Part shown: positions 48,852 through 64,000 of the stretch, one piece after another
Layout: every line of letters starts with the position of its first letter
How positions within the stretch are numbered: position 1 is the first letter of the stretch
Source: Yuukianura sp. NJ FZ-2021
Lineage: Eukaryota
NCBI GenBank assembly: GCA_046563655.1
Contig: CM102290.1
Location: 5,146,001 to 5,210,000 of the forward strand
DNA length: 64,000 nucleotides
Direction of reading: 5' to 3'
Program-made: the position numbers and the translations under genes
Notes under the pieces: model-generated
Databases searched by the model: none
What the model saw: the letters and a program-made list of their open reading frames with translations, nothing else
What the model was told of the DNA's origin: nothing

Positions 48852-49147
48852 TTATTTCTGTAGTTGCGCAGTGTGGCTTAACCTGTATGAAGTTAAAGTT
48901 TATTTAGTTTTATGTGTGCTCAACTTAATTGAGTTGGATTTAACTTATTTACATCCCGCGGAACTTACTTTGATAAAGGGAAAGTGTGTTGACGGTCACC
49001 GGTCGTGGGAACATTGAGGAACTGACGTTCTAATGTCGTCATGACTTGACGTCCGAAGTCTATAATGACGTCCATGTCGCCAGTCATCTTGAATTGTGGT
49101 GCTCCCGAAGTACGTATTTGCTGTTCGGTCGGCTTAACTTTCAACAT
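48852..49147 (-). CDS. Candidate small spliced orphan gene (69 aa) or spliced non-coding RNA
   Basis: Exon 49150-48969 is bounded by an acceptor (intron 49209-49151, GTAAGT..TAG) and a GTAAGT donor. An 86-nt intron (48968-48883) joins it to 48882-48852. Product MLKVKPTEQQ..TFPLSKLSHTAQLQK*, with no recognised homology. Confidence 0.3.
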
Positions 49148-50306
49148 TTCTAGTTGCTATTGCAAAGTTAATTAAGAAAAGGATTAATCAAGGAAGTTAG
49201 AATACTTACAGTATCGAGTGTAATAACGTCGTCGATTGGTTACGCTTAGGCTGTTGTCACGAAGTTTACTTAGAGTTAAGTTGTTAGTTAGATTTGTACT
49301 GCTACTAGTTAATTGTATCAATTAATGAAGTTAGAGACGAAAGTGTATTTTTGAAATCCTAGTTTAGTTGTGTTTCGATACTTGAAATAATGTTAGGGGT
49401 AAGTTACTAGTTTTTTCAACATACTCTGCAAGTTTGCAACTAAACTTTGGAGACGTTTCAACTGTCTCTTTCGATTCCCATTTCCCAAGTAATTTAGTTG
49501 TATTGTTTAGTAAAAACGTTTTGGTTCAAACGATTTTCGTTCGTAAGTTTTCAGTTTCTCACGTTACCCCATGCAGATGAAGTACTGGAAAAGAATTTCT
49601 CGTAGTGCCCCAATTCTCAATACAGCCATTGTATTACCATTGGAGGATTTCTCACCTTACCCCATAATTTTCATCGTCTCATATTTTTTTTTAGTTTCAC
49701 TGTCGTTGTTTTCGGAAAACCAAAAAAAAATTTTTTTTTGGAAAAACAACATTGTTTTTTAAATTTTTGACATGTAACAGGTATTTGGTTTATTAAAGTA
49801 CCATTAGGGAATTTGCCTTCCAAAAGTAGAGCAATTGAAAATATAAGTATAACAATATAATATAATTTGGAATCTCTCGATAGACTCTCCACAAGAAATT
49901 GATGTGCGTTGTTCCGTATAACAAATCGCATCAAAAAATTAGTTTTTTTTAACTTTGTAACGAATCACTGCCCTGTCTGTAACGTGTGTGATTGTGAATG
50001 TAAATAACTACACCTCCAGCCTCACTCTTAATCGTAGATCGGTGTAGGGCAGTGAAAAATACGTTGATCTGATTCACTATTTCTAAAAAATATTTAGCAC
50101 ATATTTGGACTACTGACGTTGACTATTTCATTGTGTTGACGCACTGCAGTTCCTGACTTAGGAGATGGCACTTGCCCCCTTATGTTACACAAAGAATATA
50201 TAAAAAATGAAGGCAACAGTTTCATGCTCAGGCTACATTGACCTCAGTTGACCTCAAGTGGAATGTAAATCGTAAAGTAACAATGATATACCCTGAAGTA
50301 CATAAC

Positions 50307-50499
50307 CACTACTTTGGTATAATATTGTTGACAGCAGGTATACAAACTAACTTTTGGTATAATATTGTTGACAGCAGGTATACAAACTACTTTTGGTATA
50401 ATATTGTTGACAGCAGGTATACAAACTACTTTTGGTATAATATTGTTGACAGCAGGTATACAAACTACTTTTGGTATAATATTGTTGACAGCAAGTATA
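50307..50499. repeat. 39-bp tandem repeat x ~4.8, downstream of the brahma stop
   Basis: Unit TTTTGGTATAATATTGTTGACAGCAGGTATACAAACTAC. It explains the 13-aa-periodic ORFs at 50238-50595. Confidence 0.95.
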
Positions 50500-50905
50500 G
50501 AAGAGTTGATTGGTCGTGACATTTCTAAACCAAAAATATATGAATCCACTTATGGATTCGGTAGGAACCATAATGAGAGCAGTTGCTTAACCTAACTATG
50601 ACAATTACTTTTACGTATTTACGTAAATCTTACGCCACTTCGTAAATTTTACATAGTAAAAGCTGGATACTTAAATTCTATAATATTGCTCAAGTTCCTT
50701 CGGCCTCTGAAAATAGCTAAATGTTTCTGAAAATAGGAAAGATAGGGAGCTCTCTTTGGCAAATCTTAACAAAATGAAGCCTAGTTAGGAGAATTAAGGC
50801 ACTTGACCCCTTAACTCTTCGTATGAATAGACGTGAAGTTCGTGACGTGACACTCGTGACATGAAATCGTGACGTGACGTGCCAATCAGTTGATGACCGT
50901 GCGTA

Positions 50906-57379
<6,474 letters not shown>

Positions 57380-58780
57380 GGCTGGTCCGTGGTCGACTCA
57401 GGCCCTGCTGTCACATCAAAAACAACAAGTTAAACATTGTTCTTAATCAAATTATCCATGCCAAGTATAGATACTCTTACCTCTTTCGTTTCCTTCCCTT
57501 TCAACGTTATTTGCGATCGTCTACATGTGATGGAGGGAGATCAAAACGTAAACAAATAACAACTAATTAGCACCTAACCTCGAGGCACAAAAAAAAGAAG
57601 AGAAAAGACAAAAGAGGAAAAACAAGTTTGAGAGTCGGAGTAAAAGTTACCGCACACACTCACCACACATAATCACCCTCCACACTGCCACTTTCATTAA
57701 TTAACAACATTAAGTCTAACCTGGTAGTTTTACACTGCACATGAAGTTTCATCAATAGTTAGTTTTTTACATGCAAGATTATAGTAGTATATAAGGATTG
57801 AGTATATCCTTCTCAGTATGAAAACCTAGAAACCATGAAACAATACACTGAAGTGTTTATACTCGGAATTTGAAAATTAATTTTAACTGAGTTTCTTCTC
57901 CCACCTCATGCATCATCTACGCATTTTGTAATTTTCGATGAGTAATTAGTTCCTCAAGCATCGTTTTCTGCAAGGAAGGAAGTTTACTTCCAACTATTTC
58001 ATTGAAATTTTTTTGCAAACAGTCATCACCGGATGCATTTCCTCTTGGAAATATTTGCAAACTTTTTTCACCACTCACTTTTCCTTTTTTTTTCCTGAAG
58101 CGATTTGTTCCCTGAATTTTTACGAGCATGAATTCTTGTGCTTTTTACTTTTGTAACCTTTACTTTTTTACTAATTATTTTTAAAAAATAATTTGAAAAT
58201 TTCCTTTTCCTATAAAAAAAAATTTCCTCAAAAAAAAAATTAAATAAATATTTTTATATGCCCATCTGTGCAGCAGAGGGTGGTGTGATCAAAAAAGTGT
58301 ATTTTTGTTAAACCGTTTTGCACTGACTGCGCAAGTTGCAAAAAAAAGTTTTTTTTTTTTGAGTAGTAAAAGTACACTGCTATGCTGGCAGTGTAATTGG
58401 GAGTGAAGAGGCCTCAACTCCATTCATTTTAATTTCTTTGTAAATTTAAGTGACTTCACTCCCAGGGACTGGAGTCAGTAGTCCAATAACACTCGGAGGT
58501 AACAGAGGTCATCCGCAAATTGACCTCTTCAGGCCAATCAATCTCCAAGTAGGACCAATTCCAACTTTCCATATTGCCAAGACCACCAACGAACAACTCC
58601 AAATTGGTTGCCAAGTGCTTAACAAATACCAATTAATTGGATATTCCTAATTTCCAAGTGAAAAATCAAGATTCATTGAACATTTAAGTAATCAGTATCA
58701 TCCTATAACAAGTGAATTCATCCCTGGAGTCATCTAGGTCACAGCAGTAGTCGTTCCCAACGTTGGGTCAACCTTACAAT
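57380..58780. promoter_or_regulatory. Divergent promoter region of brahma and fizzy-related
   Basis: Head-to-head arrangement spanning about 1.4 kb, with a brahma 5'-UTR intron at about 57480-57407. The TSSs were not located. Confidence 0.5.
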
Positions 58781-61292
58781 ATGTCTTCGTTTCATCACTT
58801 GCCACTGTCTCAGTGTCAACTGTCTACCAGTACTGGAGTAACTTCACCCAATGGAATCCTGTCGCCCATCAAACCCAAGTATGGAGACAGATTTATTCCA
58901 ACTCGAGCTGGAAATACATGGAACTTAACGTATCCAACGGCTCCAACATACACAGCACCAACGGTAACGTCTTAATCTGCTAACTTATGACTACTACAAA
59001 CTATTTACTCATGTTGCTAATTCCTTCCTTTCCTTGTTAAGCAGTTTAGTTACTACTATGTTAAGGATTGTGGATATGGAAGGATGAAGGATGATGATGA
59101 ATCGGTGGGAGGATGAATAATTGACAAGATTTTACAAGAGCTATCGATTTAGAAGAATATGATGATGATGGAAGAGTGAATGATACCGATTCATTGGTTT
59201 TTAGTCTCAAGAGTTATGCATGATTCAATCAATTTAGTTTTCTTTCAACTTGACTAAAATTTCCTATGTAAGGTTTATACATCTTTCGAGACAACAAGTT
59301 TTAATGGACATTTAATACCGACAGTTTCAGCTTGAGTTTGAGCAAATACTGGAAGAACTTTGAATCCAAGGTTGAATTGATTCTTTAGAATACAGTGAAT
59401 CAGCTAAGGTGATAAGATTAAGTGTATAAGAATTAAAAGTAGCAACCTAGAAACAAGTTTTAAACTTTGTTGATGCCTTTAGCCTTTGTACCTAATTTCG
59501 GTTTTGAAGTGGATCCACATGTCTTTTTTTATAGCTTTTAGTTCTAAATGGGTCAAATACTTAAATTGACACTATTCCGGAACTAAACGTATTTCATTTT
59601 TTGTTATTCGGCAGGAGACTGGTAAAGCAGCAGCATCACCGCACAAACGAAGTCGAGACAATGCCGAGAACAACAAGGATGGATCAGTACTCTACTCCTG
59701 TTTACTCATGAACGAAATGCTGGGCTATCAGCACGAAGACAATAAGGATCTCGGGCCCGGTAGTACCCAGAAGAAGATCCAACCTAATCGAAAACTGTTC
59801 CATGTACGAAACAATTGAATTGACTCATGAAACAATCGGAAAGTCTCATATCAAATGTGTAAATATTTGATTCTCTTTTTTTGAATAGTTTGATTCAACG
59901 GAACGGACTGCCATCATAAATGAGACAATGTCCTCATACTCTCTGTCCCCCATCAGCCACAAATCAGAAAAACTGTTGAGATCACCCAAGAAACCTACTC
60001 GACGTATATCCAAAGTCCCATTTAAGGTAACCAGGATCACTTTTTGACAAAAACTTTTTGTCTGTTGATAGTTCTGGTCATGATTCACCTGTTTCTGTTT
60101 CTGTTTTGCGTAGGTGTTGGATGCTCCAGAACTACAAGACGATTTCTACTTGAACCTTGTGGACTGGTCATCACAAAATGTTCTTAGTGTGGGCTTGGGA
60201 GCATGCGTCTACTTGTGGTCTGCCTGTACATCCCAGGTCACACGTCTCTGTGATCTGGCCACCACGGACGATGTCGTCACATCCGTCTCCTGGAATGAAC
60301 GAGTAAGTATTTAATTCATGTTCCTCTAAAATGTTAATCTCTCTCGTCAGAAATGAAATCAATTGAAGTCTTCTTGAATTTGAGCAGGGGAGTTTAGTTG
60401 CCGTGGGAACGCAGTCTGGGTTGGTCCAGGTATGGGATGCTACTGCAGGGAAACAAGTGACTGTGCTGCATGGCCACACTGCCAGAGTAGGAGCGATAGC
60501 TTGGAATGGTGATATCCTGTCCAGTGGAAGTCGTGATAGGTTTATAAATCAAAAGGACATCCGAGAACCGCCGGCGATACAAAGACAGTTAGTGGGACAT
60601 AGACAAGAAGTGTGTGGACTAAAATGGTCGCCAGACAACCAATACCTTGCTTCTGGTGGAAACGACAATCGATTGTATGTTTGGAATCTTCACTCCACTT
60701 CTCCTATTCAAAGCTACACTGAGCATTTAGCTGCCGTCAAAGGTAAAAAAAAATGGAACTTTGAAAATGAAATTTTTTTTGAAATTCGAAATTTTATGAT
60801 CTGGATTATGTTTTAGCCATTGCCTGGTCTCCACATCATCACGGTCTACTAGCAAGCGGTGGTGGAACGGCGGATCGCTGCATCCGTTTCTGGAATACGC
60901 TCACAGGTCAACCGATGCAGTGTATTGACACTGGGTCTCAAGTATGTAATCTTGCCTGGTCCAAACATTCTTCCGAACTGGTAAGTTTTTTCTGAACTTT
61001 ACGAAATTGTAACCATTTTTTCAAAATTTTGAATTTTTTGTTGTTGTTTCAGGTAAGTACACATGGCTATTCGCAGAACCAAATCCTAGTTTGGAAGTAT
61101 CCATCTCTACAACAAGTAGCAAAATTGACTGGTCACTCTTACCGAGTCTTGTACTTGGCAATGTCACCGGATGGTGAAGCTATTGTTACTGGAGCAGGAG
61201 ATGAAACCCTACGATTTTGGAACGTTTTCAGCAAAAATCGATCCCAAAAAGAAAATAAGTCATCACTCAATCTCTACACTTGCATTCGATGA
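58781..61292 (+). CDS. FZR1: Fizzy-related / Cdh1 APC/C co-activator, ~485 aa
   Basis: C-box DRFIPTR, PFKVLDAPELQDDFYLNLVDWS, WD40 repeats and C-terminal IR tail (LNLYTCIR*). Exons 58781-58963, 59615-59803, 59889-60026, 60114-60302, 60388-60742, 60817-60980, 61053-61292. The start codon is uncertain. Confidence 0.95.
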
Positions 61293-64000
61293 GGTTCGTT
61301 GTAGTGAGCGCTCGCAAGAAGAAAAAAATAACCAAACTTCAACTAAAAGTTTATCAAGTCATCGCAAAAAATGCCCAGTTTCCCCACTCTCAAACATGTA
61401 AAAAAAACTTAAAAGTTAGGCCAACCTTGTTTCGCCTACGATTTCAATTTATGTAACAAAAGATGATTACTAGAGAGTGGCAATTTGTTGCCACCTTTTC
61501 GTTGCCACTGGCAACAAAAATGTGTATTCTCCGTGGCACATTGTGATTTGTAGTAGTTTTGTTGTTTCTTGTCTGTTAATCATCCATGTACATGAGGTCA
61601 CTCTTTATACCCAAATAGTGGAGGCAGCTTCACCCCCCATTGGTGGTAGTGTAAATTAAATTAGTAATTGAATTAGATCTTTAAAAAGTACAGACTTACT
61701 TTATCCTTTTGTAATTAACATTCAGAATTCAGAAAATTAGGCTAAGGTTTGGTTATTTAAAACTAATCTAACCTTGTCTAAAAAGTAGAGTCTGATGAAG
61801 CACTTGAGGAGAGTCCTCATTGTCTTTTGGAACTCACAAAAAAAACCTAACTTGAACAGAAAAAAAACTATGCTGAACAGGAGAAAGTGCAACCTAATCA
61901 AAATGTTAAGTTAAACTTAACACCTAACCTGCTAAATCCAAAAAAAAAATCAGTGGATTAATCAATAATCCTGCTATGGCTTTACTGTTTTTTTGATTTT
62001 GTTTTTACATTTCAACTATACACATTTTAAAAATCGAAATTTTTATTGTAGCCGCAGTAGATGTAACTTTTATTTTTTTTCGCCACGAAATCCGTTATAT
62101 TTTTATTTTTATGTTTTTTTTTTTCGTTTTCAATTTTAAGTTTGTAAGTCGTACTAAATCGTAAATCGCAATCTACTAACAACGTAAAAAAAATTTTTAG
62201 TACTAACATGTCTCCGAAAGAAACTTAGTCTTTGTATTATCGCATGTTTTTTTACCCCGCTCGCCTCTCGTGCTTCGTTCGACACTACTCGAAAGTTTAT
62301 ATTATTTATGTAATTAATTAAGTTAAGTAATTAATAATAATAATAATAATAATGTTTCGGATTGTTAGAAATTATATACTCGAATAATTGGATTCTTAAT
62401 TTCAACTTAAAAGTTTTAAGTTGTAGTAACTCATCATTATCAACTGCAGACGATAAAAGTTGAACAGAAAAAATATTAAAGTTTTCGCTTCTTTGATTTC
62501 ATTTACTACGACTCTTGTGTAAAAATTGGAAATTTGAAACTGCAAAGTAGTGTCTAGACCTTGGAAATTGCAATAAAAAGTTGCAAGTTGCAATAAAAAG
62601 TTGCACGTTGCAGCTTTTTTTTTTAGTATTGGTCGTTATTGTTATTTGAGAAGTGCGAAATGCAAATACTATGCAACTGCAGTTTGACACATTTGGTAAA
62701 CACTTGCCTATGAAATGTTTAGAACCAGAAAAAATGAATATTTATCAAATTGTAAACGGAGGATATGACTAACGTCTAAAAGTTTAAAATTGTGTCAAGT
62801 TTTTTTTTAAACTTTTACAACAAATTTTTTTGTCAAAATTTTTAGACGACTTGATTTCCTGGATGCTTGGGTACATTTAGAACAATGTCACTCCTTTCAA
62901 AATTTATCTCCGTAGTTGAGTCAGAGTGAACATATAGGATGTACCGTAAAACTTTTTCAAAAAAAAAAAGTTTCCTGTTTTGAATTTCTAAAATTGATTA
63001 GAAAAAGTTAAACTAAGGTCACTTTAAGATAGCGACTAAAAATCCAAAGGCTTGAAAATTATTAATGTAACGGATGACCTCTGACCCTGTTTGGAGATTA
63101 CAAAATTTCAAAAAGTTTCCCAAGGTTTTGAAAAAGTAATTTCGAAATTCCACTTCCACTTTGTTGAAACTTTGTTGTTACACATCGTTCTGACTCTGAC
63201 GAAATATTAAGTTTTGTCCGGGAGAGGTCAAAGGTCGACCTTGTGAAATAGTCTATGACTAATACATTTGATACACAATTAAAGAAATGTCCATTGGTCA
63301 TTGCTCTTTTGTTATCCACAACATAATGTGTCTCATTTTAAATTTTAATTGTCCAATAAAGACAAAACAACCGAATCAAAAACAATTAAAGTTTTTAGTA
63401 GCATTTATCCCATAATCCAACACACTTTTAACTTTTCCTTTTATTTTTTTTTAAAACGAGACACTCTGATTGATGCAGATTGTAAAAATTGTAAAACGAG
63501 ACGAAAATAGTCGAATTGAGGTCAAATTCAACTCTTAATGTTCATTTGATGACATGTTAATTGCCAACGGTCAACTGTGCCCATAAGTTGATGACCTCTG
63601 AAGAGGCAGCTCGTGTTTTAATTATCATCTCATCTCTTACTACAAGAGACAGGAGCCTTAAGGGCCCCACAGAGACTCTTTAAGGGCTCATCCCTTGGAA
63701 GCGTCAAGTGCCTGTCACCTCATTTTGACACCTTGTCTCAACAGAGAGACAGACACACATTATGCAGAGGTGACTGTGTGCTCAAGTGGTTCTGGCTCTG
63801 CTAATTACTACCTCTAAATTTCCAAAAACACACTTTTCACACACACCTTGCTCATTTTCACATTTTCCCATTGTTAATTTTCCCATTAAGAATTTTCCGA
63901 TTTTCCAACCCCATGGGAAAACAATTGATTTCACAAAAAAAAAATCACACACTTGTCTGCTCCCTCCACAAATTATGCACAAAAACAAACAAAAGTGGCT

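Noticed and set aside
50238..50595. 13-aa-periodic ORFs on both strands
   Set aside because: These are translation artefacts of the 39-bp tandem repeat, and there are no unique spacers.
59085..59200. C/D snoRNA candidate in fzr intron 1 (ATGATGA plus a 10-bp IR)
   Set aside because: There is no suitably placed CTGA D box, and the C-box-like text is part of a GAT microsatellite.

Overview
This is eukaryotic animal genomic DNA, not prokaryotic. The Raf and NELF-A N-termini look arthropod-like. Genes are split by short GT-AG introns, so most ORF-track entries are exon fragments or noise. I assembled nine multi-exon genes by hand with consistent splice phases. Positions 1-28 kb are gene-poor and rich in A/T runs and MITEs. 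They hold two convergent, kinase-less 3-Ig receptors of the FGFRL1/nou-darake type (6610-17173 +, 18727-22730 -). Positions 28-62 kb are a compact cluster: mitochondrial GrpE (+), NELF-A (-), a Brambleberry/GEX1/KAR5 nuclear-fusion protein (+), Raf kinase (-), EDEM1 (+), Brahma/SMARCA2-4 (-) and fizzy-related/Cdh1 (+). Mobile DNA includes several MITEs with clean 8-bp TSDs, a 5'-truncated CRE-type retrotransposon with a 15-bp TSD, a TA-flanked pogo-like element carrying a perfect 19-bp minisatellite, and two tRNA-like relics. Most worth following up: the divergent FGFRL1 decoy pair, three gene groups whose human orthologues are also linked, a Raf with a KSR-like YVED N-terminal acidic motif, and a possible unannotated small spliced gene beside a long hairpin. 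There is no CRISPR array or rRNA, and I found no functional tRNA. All calls come from recognising motifs by eye; no searches were run.
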